The notes below the pieces were generated by a model that did no database searches, had not been told where the DNA came from, and saw nothing but the letters and a program-made list of their open reading frames with translations. Below, piece after piece: positions 27,100-39,615 of a stretch of 64,000 nucleotides of DNA. Numbering within the stretch: the stretch's first letter is position 1; each line of letters begins with the position of its first letter. The stretch comes from Octopus vulgaris (Eukaryota), in NCBI GenBank assembly GCA_951406725.2, contig OX597816.1, positions 179,428,001 through 179,492,000 of the forward strand, in the 5' to 3' direction. The position numbers and the translations under genes were made by a program.

Positions 27100-30000
27100 G
27101 TTTGACTAAAACCCTTCAAGCATGACCGCACAGAAAAACAAATAACACACCCGCGCTCACTGATCCATGGAAAGGCCAATCAACTGAATCAGCTTCTCTC
27201 TCACAGACGGACTGCCTACTCTCAACTGCTACTACAATGGCCTCTGCTTTTCAGATCTAGCTGTTTTTGTGCTCTCAACTCCCCTGTTTCCCTTCCTATC
27301 ATCAACGGTATACAATCCCGCTCAGTCCCCGTACAATCACGACCTTAATCCCTCCACCCCAGAACGTCAGTCCTCTGAAATTCCCCCCTTGGTCATATCT
27401 TTACTCTAGGCATCGACTTGCAACAGTTTAAGCTGAAAGTTAATGGCATTAATTTCATTGATATTGGTAAGTAAAAAACAGACCAAAACAACAGCATATG
27501 TCCTCGCATACGCTGACACACGCAGAAATATGCGTATCGCCTAGCAATGTCACAACCGGTTAAAAAGAAAACACCTTGATATAAAGCAACAGTAGGATCG
27601 ATTAAAGGAATGTTTCTGTTAAGTTAAATTATTTATTGGAGAGGATGAGACATCTGCCGCTTTGTTTACATTAAAATCAACAGATCAGGAAGGCTTAAAG
27701 TTTATTGAACAACTGAAAAGTTGTTGGCTGATACTTAACCAAACATGATTAATAACGTTTAATTATAATTCAGTGTTTATGATTTAAGAAGCTTTATGCT
27801 CGATCAAATCCGCAGGATATACAGTTCAGTAAGAGGCGTTAGATGAAGCATGCAAGATGCAATAGGAGTACTGTCAAGAGATCTAACTAAAAAACCCTTT
27901 GGAATTGAATCAAGTGGGAGACTTCAGTTAAGTGGCTAAAACAGAAAAAAAAAAAAAAAAAGAGAGAGAGAGAGAGTAAGTGATATAAAAGAGGTGACCA
28001 ACTAAGTGAGCAGTGAGAAGAGAGTCCACAGTAGCAGAAAGTCGGATTGCTGTGACCACAAGTCCGTAGTATGTATTATGTAGATACGAACACAGTAAAC
28101 TGGATGACCATCAACGCCGGTAAGTAATGTATATCTATGTCTCACGGTGAAAGCTTGGTAATTCTAGAAGAAATATATCGATACTGCTGATATGAGTTCG
28201 ATTTCATGCATAGAAAATCAAAATGAAAAAAACCGCTTAACGATAAATATTTATAAATGTATATTTTGTCATTTCGCTGATGCCATTGTCACAAACGGTC
28301 AATTTCGTATTTTCATTGATTATTTCAAAGAAAGAAATAACATTACAAGGAAAAAACCGCACGAATATATATTTGCATATATAATAACACCGAAAGGGTA
28401 TATAGAGATTTTTGTTTTGTTCGACTATAAATATTTACACACACACCCGCAATGAAACAATTCATATTCAGTCGATATAAATATTGTATACTTCATTAAT
28501 GACGCGAATATCTGAGCGGAATTGTGTTTACAATCTACTCTAGAAGACACAACTTCAATTTGAAGAATTATTTAACACATACAATTGTCATTCTTGAAGA
28601 CTGCTATTTGACAATATTATTATGGATCTAGCGTACGAATAAAATGTACCTCGCAAAGAAGGTTTATCATCAGAATTGATAGAAGAGTATGTTTGTATTC
28701 ATGCACGATTGAAAAAGGAAGAGGTTGTAAATACTGTGCAGTCAGTCTAATGATCAGAGCATTCCGATGAACGCATAATACATTGACTCGCTATTTCTAA
28801 TACCACATAGAGCAGTAGTTCTATATTTCATTTCGCGCACGCACACCCACCCACTCTCTCTGTCACTCATACGGATCTATCTATGTATGTACGTATGTAT
28901 GCATTTCTGTGTGTGCGGGTGTGTTTGCACGGTCTGTTGAAGATGTCAGATCTTAGACGAAGCGAAGTAAACTTACGCAGATAATTTTTGACACTTTTTT
29001 TTTCAGGAGCTTCTATCACGTTTGTTCCTTAATTTTATTTATTTGACTTTTAACTGATAAAAATTTGGCAGCTGATTCAGTATCTTATTTATCAGAAGTT
29101 CAAAAGGAACCTGGAACTTTATCTTGAATAGGCGGGGAAAACATTCTCTTTAAAGAATTCAAAATTATTGTCAATGTAAGAACACTTGAAACAATCGGTG
29201 AACCTTACTATTACTTTTTGTGGTTAAAAACACACCCACACACCCGCACCAAAAATGTGGAGATTAAAATAATTTGGTAACAAGAAAGTCGACCAATTTT
29301 ACAGAATATGATTAGTCGCGTCTTCGAGAGAGCCTCTGCCGTCTTAAAGAGAGAATGAGAGAGAGAGAGGGGGGGTTAGGGGACATATTAAATAATGTGA
29401 TCCTAAATAAATTGTGCCTGAAAAAGAAATTCCCATTCAATCTCAGCTGACCTTGGGCTAAATGCTAACGGTACACCGCGATTACTTGAAATGGGTGGAC
29501 TGAACATCAAAAACATTAACAAGATCGGGATCTTGTGTGACTTCAAAAGTGATGACAGTTGCGGTGGTGATGGTGGCGGCGGCAGCAGCAGATCAGCTCT
29601 GATCTAATCTGAACTAAAAAAAAAAAAAAAGGAGAAAGAGAAAAACGTTCCATTCGTGATCGTCCCTATGAATGCTTTTCAGATACTGTGAGTGTCCTGC
29701 TATTCTTTTCTGAAGGCGGCCAGTGAGATTTGATAGCTATTGGGTCGCTGATTCTAGTAGTTTGCGAGACCGTGTAACGGCCTCCTCTTTGGCCCGAAGA
29801 AATGGTAGCAATAGTTGTTAAAACCCAAGGTAGCTCAGACCGAACAAGACAGATGGATTAAAGATGTTTCAGTCATGAACTGTATCATCATTCCAGTATC
29901 CTTCCTCTTTTCCTTAACACTGTGGAGAGTGACACAGGGGAAGATTTGGCTGTCATTCCTAGTAGGTCGAACGACTGTATAGCGGCTTCTGTTGCTGTTG

Positions 30001-30500
30001 TAATCAAGCAAATTTCGACAGGACCCACGAGTGGTTTAGCCCTGACCTAGCATGTAGGATAAAAAAAAAATGTGTTCAAGTTTATTTCTGACAAAGTGTA
30101 TCTGGTACTACACTATGTCAGAAATACAGAATTGACTGCTAATTGTGGCAGATCGATTAATCAGGTAGAGGCTCTGTCTGATTGATTGATCAGAAAGATA
30201 GATGATTGATTGCCTCGGTGCACGATGCACATAGATCGGACATCCGGATGATTTAGCAATGTTCTAGCCGTTCGCATCCATCTTCATTGAGAATAAAATT
30301 TCTTAAAATTTAGAAATCTTATTACGCGTGGCTCGTATTTTTAAGCAGAATAGGAAGTGTGTTTTTATGGGAGATTTGGTTAATACAGGCCGAGCGATTC
30401 GTTTACGTTGTCAACCGCACAAAACTATACTGTTTTATTTTAGAGGTTTTATGTTTTATTTACTTTCTGCTCTAATTGCTTATAACAGTTACTTCCCTTA
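27100..30500. promoter_or_regulatory. CpG-enriched, repeat-poor region; probable promoter with candidate first exons
   Basis: Many intact CpGs compared with CpG-depleted flanks; consensus donors GTAAGT at 27467 and 28120, GTGAGT at 29688; polypyrimidine acceptor at 29005-29006. Confidence 0.5.
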
Positions 30501-31559
30501 TTAACTTTCACTTTACCGACAACTTTCGTTATTTATGTAACTAAACGTTTCAGACGAATTTTTATTTAATTACACTTGTAACTGAATTACAATGGCTGGA
30601 AAAAAAAATTGCGTGCAGGAATCAAAAGAAACCATTATTTATATTTGAATTGTCTGGCTATCCCTCTTTACAAATTGTTACAATCTTCAACATCACTATA
30701 TAAATTGGATGTCTTGGAAACAGATTGAGATATAATTATTTTTATTCAGATATGAAATATTTCATAAAAATGTCCGAACAAAGGTATTTTCTTCTGTTCA
30801 TATGTAAAGAGAACGTTGATCGAAAGAAGAAAATGTAACGTGTACATATGGAAATGTATTTCGAAGCACCTAATTAGTTTTTACAGTCGAATGCATTAAT
30901 GCAGAAAGTGTGTGTGTGTGTGTCCATGTCACTAAAAATAAACAGTTTGGTCTATGTTTAGTTGCTAAGTTGCCAGTTGTTGTTTAATTATGTGAAATGA
31001 GAACATTCACATGTTCCCGTTTTAAGACTAGTACTCTATATTTCGAACCTATAAATATCTGTAGTTCATAGTTATGGTATTATCACTTGTTACTTATAGC
31101 TAAGTAGAATTTAGTGGGAGGTCAACAACGGTCAACCAAGTGGAATATAATAGAGAAATGGGGGAGAGTATGAAGGAGATTAAATTTTACTTCGATTGAT
31201 TGAAAATACCGGGGTAAAGTCCGGAATCTGAAGAAACTGGTCTACATCGCTAACAATTAGTAGAAAATATGGATTAGAGCAATAAATTGTATGTAATAAA
31301 TAGGTTCTTTTTTACGTATTCAGAGAAGTATAGACGTCTACCGGCATAAGTGGTACGATAAGTCAATGCAATTAAACAGGTCGTGTTATTTCCAAAAGTT
31401 CGTGAAAGTACAGACTGTGATTCTTTGAGAGAAAGTTACAATTTTCACCAGCAACATTCATTGAAAGAAGGTTTAGTTAAACGAGTTACAGAAACAATGT
31501 TATGCATATGTTTATGAAATAAAGTTCCGCGTCCCTAATGTGAACAGAAGATGTGCATT

Positions 31560-31960
31560 CATCTTATCCGCTTACCTAGGAGGGCCATAGGGATAGACTC
31601 CTAAGGTACCTCTTCCAAGGGGTCGTATTAGAAGCAACTGTCGTTACACTTTCCAGATGAATTCCCAAGCGTGACCAACTGAGCCTAACGATATTATCCA
31701 ACCATTTCTTCTACCGGTTAGCTCGGCTTGAAGAGGCCGTTTGCGATTCTTCTCAGCAACATTTTTATCACATGTCTGTAGTAACGGAACTGACCTCTCA
31801 AGTCAGAAAAGTGAGGCTCGACTGAGAGTGACCAACTGACCTCCGAGCTACGTACCCTGCCCAGTAATGTTATCTCAGAGATCCTTCGCAGGAAACATAT
31901 TTCGGCCACCTGCATTCGCGATCGTACTCTTTCGATTAGTACCCAATATTCATGACCATA
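31560..31960 (-). mobile_element. RTE LINE 3' fragment
   Basis: MQVAEICFLRRISEITLLGRVRSSEV, RTE C-terminal motif. Confidence 0.8.
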
Positions 31961-32228
31961 GGTGATAAAATATAAAAAAACTGAACTGAAGATAACCCGC
32001 TCGGCTTTTTTTACCGACCCCTCCTCTTATGAGGATCAAATACTGGAGCTGGCATATGATCGTGCTAGCACATGCAATTCAAGCATCGCTCGTGAATGCA
32101 GTCTGAAATACTTAAGCATCTCTATAGTAGATACTGCTGATATAAAAGAAATCCATTTTTGTGATTTGTAAACAAGTGGAAGTGAAATAGGGCAAACTGG
32201 GGGATGAGATGAGCCGAAAGGAAAGGGC

Positions 32229-32480
32229 TGTGACGCCAACGGTCAAGGGGTTTGACCGGAACAGGAAGGGTGAGAGAGGAAGTGAGAGAAGGAAGACCAA
32301 GAGTCATCTTTTGCTTTGGGTGCTCACAACGAACAGACGAGAGGTGAGCGAACAGATAGGGACGGGTTCTAGCAGCTGCTATCGATAGGTGCGAGGTTTG
32401 GGCGACAAGTTTTGGATTGAGTACAGCTGGACGGCAAAACGACGAGAAGGTAGGCGAACTGTTTATTCCCCCTCATTACA
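32229..32480. mobile_element. putative LTR
   Basis: TG...CA ends with short inverted termini (gggctgtga / ttacagccc), just upstream of a gag remnant; orientation unclear. Confidence 0.4.
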
Positions 32481-32579
32481 GCCCCCTCGCACAACAAGCT
32501 GTTTCGGCCAGCGTGTAAAAGTATATTTCTCCGTGGTTGTTATCCCCTTCCACGTGATAGCAGCGAAGGATCAGCAACG

Positions 32580-32850
32580 ATGCCATTAGACCTTTCTATG
32601 GCGAAAGGGATGTTGTGGCCTGGATCCGTAAGATCAAAGTAGTGACCAGGCTACAAAGCATCGACGATGTAGCAGGTCCCATGGTCTGGTACCTGGAGGG
32701 AAGCGCGTTGGCATTATACCTCGAGATGGACAAGGAAGACCAACTGAGCGCGGCGAAGATCGAGCAGCGCTTGAGGGAAGCTTATACGGAGGGGATGTAC
32801 GTCGTGTTTGCTAAGTGTGGAACGGTCAGGTGGAGAGGGGAACAAGCCGA
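32580..32850 (+). mobile_element. Gypsy-type gag remnant
   Basis: IRPFYGERDVVAWIRKIKVV...YLEGSALALYLEM...IEQRLREAY...VRWRGEQ resembles invertebrate Gypsy gag N-terminus. Confidence 0.75.
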
Positions 32851-33004
32851 CAGGTACTGCGAGGGAAAGTTAAAAAGAACTTTGGAGAGAAAATTCAAGA
32901 AACCGTGAAACTGTCCAGGGAGCGTCGGGTTGCCTGGGAACCTAGCCCAAAGCGGTTGGTAAGTTCCATCCAAGGCTAAGTACAGGGACGAGTCCGATGG
33001 CCGA
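32846..33004 (+). pseudogene. 28S rRNA 5'-domain fragment, circularly permuted
   Basis: Two conserved LSU blocks: gtactgcgagggaaagttaaaaagaactttggagagaaaattcaag..cgtgaaac and gtcgggttgcctgggaa..agcccaaagcggttggtaa..ccatccaaggctaa..acgagtccgat. Confidence 0.85.
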
Positions 33005-33855
33005 AATAATTTGAGCGAGCGCAACAGGCAAAGCAATATCTTGTTCAAACGAAATTAAGACTGCTGAAAGAGAGTAGGCAACAACTGAACCTACTGGGTA
33101 GATTAGATTCTATTTGATCTTGCTTCGATTGGTTGTCTATTTTGCCTATCACCATAGGTTTACCGATCGATTCCTTCGACCAACTTTACTGTACCAAAAG
33201 TCACCACTCATATGTCACTAGCTAGCCCGCTATGGATGTCCACGTCAACAAGGTATGACACCTTTCTTCACTAGCACCCAAAACACTGTACATCCCGTGA
33301 ACAGCGACAGCGAATTAGCAGTTATTTACTATGTAAGAGACTCGACGACTGCAAGCCAAACTTCGATACCCCATTCCAGATTGGCTTAACATTGTCAAGT
33401 AGGTGTTTCCTCACATGCTTGAACTCGAAATATCAAGTTGAGTAAAAAGTAAGCAATGTTTTGAACCGAAATTTGTACTGGATTTTTGCAGAGTTTTGAA
33501 TTTTTAAAAACATTTTTTGGCAATTGTCTGATAATACGGCATAAAAAGCATCAATAAATTAACATTGATATTTTTTTTTATCGTTGTTACAATCATCTGA
33601 AATGTTGAATGTTTCTATCCTCAACTCAAGTCAGTTGCAAGGGTATGGTTTCACAGTATCTTGATTTTGTCAGGTTATATACTGTTTACATTAAGTTATC
33701 TTATCAACACCTTCTATTCACACTACCACGAGAGACTCAAAAAGCAGACCCGCACAAAGCTGGTGATAGGCTAAGCCAGATGTGAAATGTAGGCCCCATT
33801 TCAAATGATAATTATCCGTGACAAAATGTAAAAAATAGACTTTATTTCAAATAGC

Positions 33856-34544
33856 GGATCTTTTCCTTTTGAACGGCAGTTTTCAACACAATTTCTAGTT
33901 AACTAAACACTTTTAAACTTCGTATACTGGTAGAATGTGTCGAAATAAAACATTTTTTTCTCTTGGCTTTCTTGAGAAAATTGTAATTTGTAAGTTTAAC
34001 GTAGTTTAATTTTTCGAATTTTAACCTCTATTGAGCTAAAATCATTTGCTGCGTCTAAAACTGAGACAACATCCTGTCACTAACCCTAACCCTAAATTTT
34101 AGCCTTTTGTTTTTATTTCTTAATTGTTAAATTTATTTAATTGTTACGCGTGTCTAAAATTATTCGTTTTGTTTTTGTTTTGAGATTTTGCTTTCGTTTT
34201 TTTTCTTAATTGTTAAATTAAAATTATTTTCCATTGCTTTCGTTTTTTTATTAATTTGTAAAGTATACTAGCCATCTTAATATGGCTAACCACCAGGGGT
34301 GGGGGTGTTACTGTAGCTTTTAGCCCCAGGAGATCATCGTCTCCAGCTGGCTTTAGACACAATCCTGTGACCCCCCACCCCTAGTGGTTAGCCATATTAA
34401 GATGGCAAGTATACTTTACGTTGTTGAGCGCTTACTGTTTACATCTCGCTCAGAGATTTATTATTGTTTTTCTTAATTGTTATCCTTAAATTAATTTAAC
34501 AATTAAGAAAAAAAAAACAAACGAAAGGCTAAAATTTAGGGTTA
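33856..34544. mobile_element. MITE/foldback remnant with TAACCC subterminal repeats and nested inverted repeats
   Basis: GGATC start similar to the 7708 element; taaccctaaccctaa at 34081; inverted arms about 34088-34140 / 34487-34544 and 34258-34419. Confidence 0.55.
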
Positions 34545-35569
34545 TATGCATGTACCGGTTGTTATGTGTAGTTTGGGTTCTAATGGGATAGACAACCAAA
34601 TGAAAACTATTGTTATTGTTACGTGTTTATTGACTGCTCATGTTACACGGACTCGACATTCAGCGTAGTAATACATTATATACTTTACACACAGTTTGTA
34701 CTATTCACTAACAAAATAGTGCCAAGAGTGGAGATGTAGTTTGGCATATGTAAACACATAGATATGAATGTGTAACACTGGTATATGTAGTGCAAGTGGT
34801 ATACTGAAACGTAACAGAACAGAATAAAAGAACTAGGGTTTCAATTCACCGGCTTTTTATAACCTCAACAGAGGTTCTAGAAGTTTTGACTAAGCTATTT
34901 GGCAGGAAGATTCCAGCTCACTTGGTTACACAGAATAATACTTGTTTTGGCAAAGCACTAATTTGACCTGGGATCAGTGCTAACCTGAAACAGTTGTATC
35001 ATGGGGACCTGATAATAATAAAGTAAAATAAATTAACAAATAATGCAATAGTATTTTAAATGGATATTCTGAATTTTAGAAAAAAAAAAAAACTGGAAAA
35101 ATCAATGAAGAAAGTATGAAAGATTGATTTCTTTGTAACAAGGTTTTAACAATTGATTTAGCTTGGTCAGCTAAATAGATATTTTAGGAAACAAGATACT
35201 AACAAAGTTGGTTAGTATCCTACTTTCTAAAATTGATACAAGGCTGCACATTTTGAAGGAGGAATATGGTTGATTACATTAATCCCAATACTTGTCTTCT
35301 TACTCTAACAACCATAAAATGAAAGGTAAAGTGGATTTCAGCAGTTGAACTTCAAACATAAATGCTCTTAATTAGATGCTGCAAGTCATTTTGTCTGATG
35401 CTTTATTAATTCTGCTGTCTGACTAACTACTGACAAATAAGCTAAAGGGTCATATACTGAATAGGGTACAAAATAAAAAGAAAAGAAAAAGATTGATTGG
35501 AAGAAGAAAACCAAGAATTAGTGGTGATTTTCTTAAAGAAAAGGGGATATAATTCAAAGAAATTAAGAG

Positions 35570-35704
35570 ATTATTTACATTGGACGGATATTTGTCCTCA
35601 TCTTGTTTGTTGTTAACATGTTTTGGCTGATATACCTTCCAGCCTTCTTCAGGTGTCTTGGGGAAATTTCAAACCTGGGTTCTCGTTCCTAAGGTATTTT
35701 TCGA

Positions 35705-35746
<42 letters not shown>
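35570..35746 (-). mobile_element. Penelope-like terminus (family of 11288) ending at (TTA)n
   Basis: Same sequence as the left arm of 11288; minus-strand CTGAAGA-GGCTG/CAGCC with mutated GAAA. Confidence 0.7.
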
Positions 35747-36398
35747 CTTCTGTCAAACTGTTAAGAATAAGAACATTTTCCTATCACATCCTATCTTCCA
35801 TTCCAACAATATCTGACTGTTGTTTTGTCTGTTAAGAGTTGTTCCACGGCTGTTGCCTGGATGTTCTTAGAATCTTCTCTAGTGTATATTTATTCTATAT
35901 CTTCTTATCCATTAACTGTCTTCCAGACTCTAAAAAATTGTCTTAGAGTCTTTGTCTATACATGTAGCTGTCGATGATGTCTAGAAGCATCTGTCCATTC
36001 CTATACCATTTCTTCTTTTTATTGAATGTTATTTTCTTACACTTCTAGTTTTGCACTTGAGTTCCATTCTGCCTCAACAATTGACTTTCAATTATTGACC
36101 ACTCTATTCATCAATCTCTCTGTTTGTTTTCCATCTCTCAGACAGACTAAATAAGGGGAACCAGTTGAAGGATTTAACCGATGCATTGCAGACTATTCCT
36201 TTTTAGTACAAGTGTATTGATCTCAGTGTCTGCCATTATTACCAGTGAAGCTACCTGTTACAATTACCATGGCTATGTCTAACTTGAGGCTGGTTTCAGT
36301 AGAGTCTTTCTTATGACATTTATCTGCCTATTTGTGGAACATCAGTGTAGTTTACAATAACTATTCTGTTGTCTATTGTAGACAGTGTATATAATTTG

Positions 36399-36715
36399 GT
36401 GAAGGAGTGTGGCTTAGTAGTTAGGGTATTCAGTTCAGGAGGTTATGAGTTTGATTCCTGCTGGTGCATTATGTCTGTGAGCCAGACATTTTATTTCATG
36501 TGGCTCCAGTCCACTCAGCTGGCAAAAGTGAATTGCATCCATAGTTCAGTGGGCCAGCCTTGTCATATAAGTATGTCATGTTGAATCTCCCTGAGAAATA
36601 TGCTAAGGGTATGCATGTCTGTGGAGTGCTCAGCCACTTGCACGTTAATCTCACAAGCAAGCAGTTCCGTTGGTCAAATCAACTGGAATACACGTTGTAA
36701 CCAATGGAGTGCTCA
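36399..36715 (+). mobile_element. SINE family C
   Basis: Homologous to 11732-12055. Confidence 0.8.
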
Positions 36716-36896
36716 GCCATAAAATTTTTACAGTGAATTACAGCAGGTCAAGTTGGTTTTTCCTCAATAGGTGTTTTATTCTAATCTAAAACCATTAATT
36801 AAAAAAAAAATTATTCATTGTTTAAATCAATGAGTTATATCCATCTCCATATTTACAACCATGTGGACTGGAACAATCATCTGTATACTGTATACT

Positions 36897-37220
36897 GGCA
36901 CTCCATCGGCTACGATGACGAGGATTCCAGTTGATCCAATCAACGGAACAGCCCCCTGCTCTTGAAATTAACATGCAAGTGGCTGAGCATTCCACAGACA
37001 CGTGTACCCTTAATGTAGTTCTCAGGGAGATTCAACGTGACACAAGGTGTGACAAGGCTGGCCCTTTGAAATACAGGTACAATTCATTTTTGCCAGCTGA
37101 GTGAATTGAAGCAACATGAAATAAAGTGTCTTGCTCAAGGACACAATGTGTCGCAAGGAATTGAACTCATAACCATGCGATTGTGAGCTGAATACCCAAA
37201 CCACCAAGCCACACACTTTC
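36897..37220 (-). mobile_element. SINE family C (inverted relative to 36399 copy)
   Basis: Reverse complement of family C. Confidence 0.8.
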
Positions 37221-37319
37221 AAATAACTGTATAATACAGAATCAAGTAAATTCACCCTTTATAGTTCAATAAATCATATAAGTAATATGATCACCTCATT
37301 GTAGGTGTTTATCATTTAT

Positions 37320-37732
37320 CTTTTACTTGGTCCAGTTATTGGACTGGGACTATGTGGAGGTACCACCTTGAAGAGTCCAGTCGAACAAATTGACCCCAAT
37401 GTTTATTTGTAAATCTGATACTTATTCTATTGGTCTTTTTTGCTGAACTGTTCAGTCATGGGGTGTAAACTAAGCAACACCAGTAGTCAAATAGTTGTGG
37501 GGAAAACACATTACACACACACCTACACAAACACATACTCACACACATATACTCCCTCACACACATGTGCATCTGATGGGCTTCTTTCAGTTTCCATTGT
37601 TTCCATCTTCCAAACTACCCACAAGGTTTTTGTTGTCCTGGGACAAGAAAAAGACATTTGCACAGTGGGACCAAACCCATGACCTCATGACTGAGAAACC
37701 TGTTTCTTAACCCCACAGCTATACCTCTGCCT
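37320..37732 (-). mobile_element. SINE family A, diverged
   Basis: Family A body and head on the minus strand. Confidence 0.7.
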
Positions 37733-38254
37733 AATTTGTTGCATTTTTTTGTTTTACAGAGCACAATTTCATGACAAAATAAATACTAAAATATTTACTT
37801 TCTCCTGCATTAGCCACCTACAATTGTCATTCATGTAATAGTGGTTCACTTTGAATGGGTTCACTGACAATATTCCCTTCTTAAAACTTTCCTAGCTGTT
37901 AAAGAGATAAAGAACCCATTTGGTCATATATTGCCATGGGATTAGAAAGCCCCAGTCTAGGGCACAAGTATAAACATGTTGTTTATAGAAGACTAGCAGT
38001 TACCCATGCATATCAGCCTCCCTTCTTCACCCCACCAATGTTATCCAAGGGAAAGACAAAGGCTGATACAGCTTGGCACCAGTGACACTGCAACTCATTT
38101 CTACAGCTGAGTCAACGTGAAATAAAGTGTCTTGCTCAAGAACACAACACACAGCCCAGTCTGTATGTTGTGTTCAGGATTGTGAGCCCAACGCTCTAAC
38201 AACTGAATCAATGCACCTAGCTGTGATATAATTAGTAAATTAATATAATTCTGT

Positions 38255-38630
38255 AACATTGATTTCAAATTTTGGCACAAGGTTAGCAATTGTGTGGAGT
38301 GGGGAAGCTGAGTCAATTACATCGACCCCCCAGTGTTCAACTGGCACTTATTATTGACCCCGAAAGGATGAAATTCTGCAAAGCATTTTGCCTGGGATGC
38401 TAATGATTCTGCCAGTTCACCACCTTCATTAGTTCTGTAATACTGATTTCAATTTTTGGCACAAGGCCAGAAATTTTGGAGGAGAGAGTTTACATCAACC
38501 CTGTGCTCAACTGAAAGGATGAAAGGCAAAGTCGACTCCAGTAGTATTTGAACCCAGAATATAGAGATGAATGAAATACCATTAATCATTTTTCCTGACA
38601 TGCAAATGATTCTGCCAGCTTGCTGCCTTA
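38255..38630 (-). mobile_element. two tandem diverged SINE family B copies
   Basis: Repeated tgatttcaa.ttttggcacaagg...tgattctgccag units; similar copy at 55985-56205. Confidence 0.65.
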
Positions 38631-39615
38631 ACTAGTTTTGTAATATTGATTCCTTTTGATAAGACATTTTTGACATTTACAATACAAGTGAGGAAACATA
38701 ATTGATTGGATCAATACTAAATATATAGCATATTTTTCAGATCATTCACAGATAATAGAAAAGTTTTGTCATTATATGTATGCCAAAGTGCTACAGCAGC
38801 CAAAGCAGCTATATTGATAATAGCTTCTTTTTTTTTCTTTTTCTAGTTATAACTGTAACATCTCAATATTATTGACATCACCCTCTTCCAGAATGACAAA
38901 ACAGCCCCAGGAAGGCTATATTTCATCTTCAGAACATACACAAAACTTAGCCACTAAAACAGAAAAAATCCAATCTCATCTTAGCTGGAGCATCTACCTT
39001 TTGCCTAGCAGCTTCAGCGCTACCAGATGTGTGCATATGCATGTATGTGTGTGCACGTGTGTGTGTGCATGTACTTGTTGACTATATATCATTCCCATTA
39101 CCCATCTCTGTCATTCATGTTTCTACTGTATGACACTACTCTGCTAAGCGTTTCCACCATGGGTCTGACCTTTTCTATCACTCTCAAGCTTTCTTCTGCT
39201 CATGTTTCCTTCTTATACAAACATTAAGCTACAAAGAGATCCTACAGCATGTACCTCACCTTTCTGTCTCTGTCCCTTTCTTAGTCTAAGCTGATTGATA
39301 TGCAATGGACTTCCATCCAAGAGTAATTAATTAAAAAAAAATAGCTGTTTAAGAAAGTTGATTTTAATATAACTAACATTTAGTCACTGTAGTTGTAGAA
39401 AAGAGAATAAATGGCACAACCAGAGCTAATAATTATATTGTGCTGGTGAGTGAGTTTTTAATCAATCGACTTAGATGGGCCTTTACTGGGTATAGTCTAG
39501 GATGTTTGTATGTGTGGTAACATCACCTTTCAAGGTGTATGTGTAATGTGGTTCATTCTGATTGTTTATACTTTAGATATTGCATCAGGTTCCTTTAGAT
39601 TATTTTTCTGAAGAT

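Noticed and set aside
32846-33004. Functional rRNA gene
   Set aside because: Only about 155 bp, diverged and permuted; treated as a pseudogenic fragment
34081-34095. TAACCC telomeric repeats
   Set aside because: Only about 2.5 units inside a MITE-like element, not a telomere
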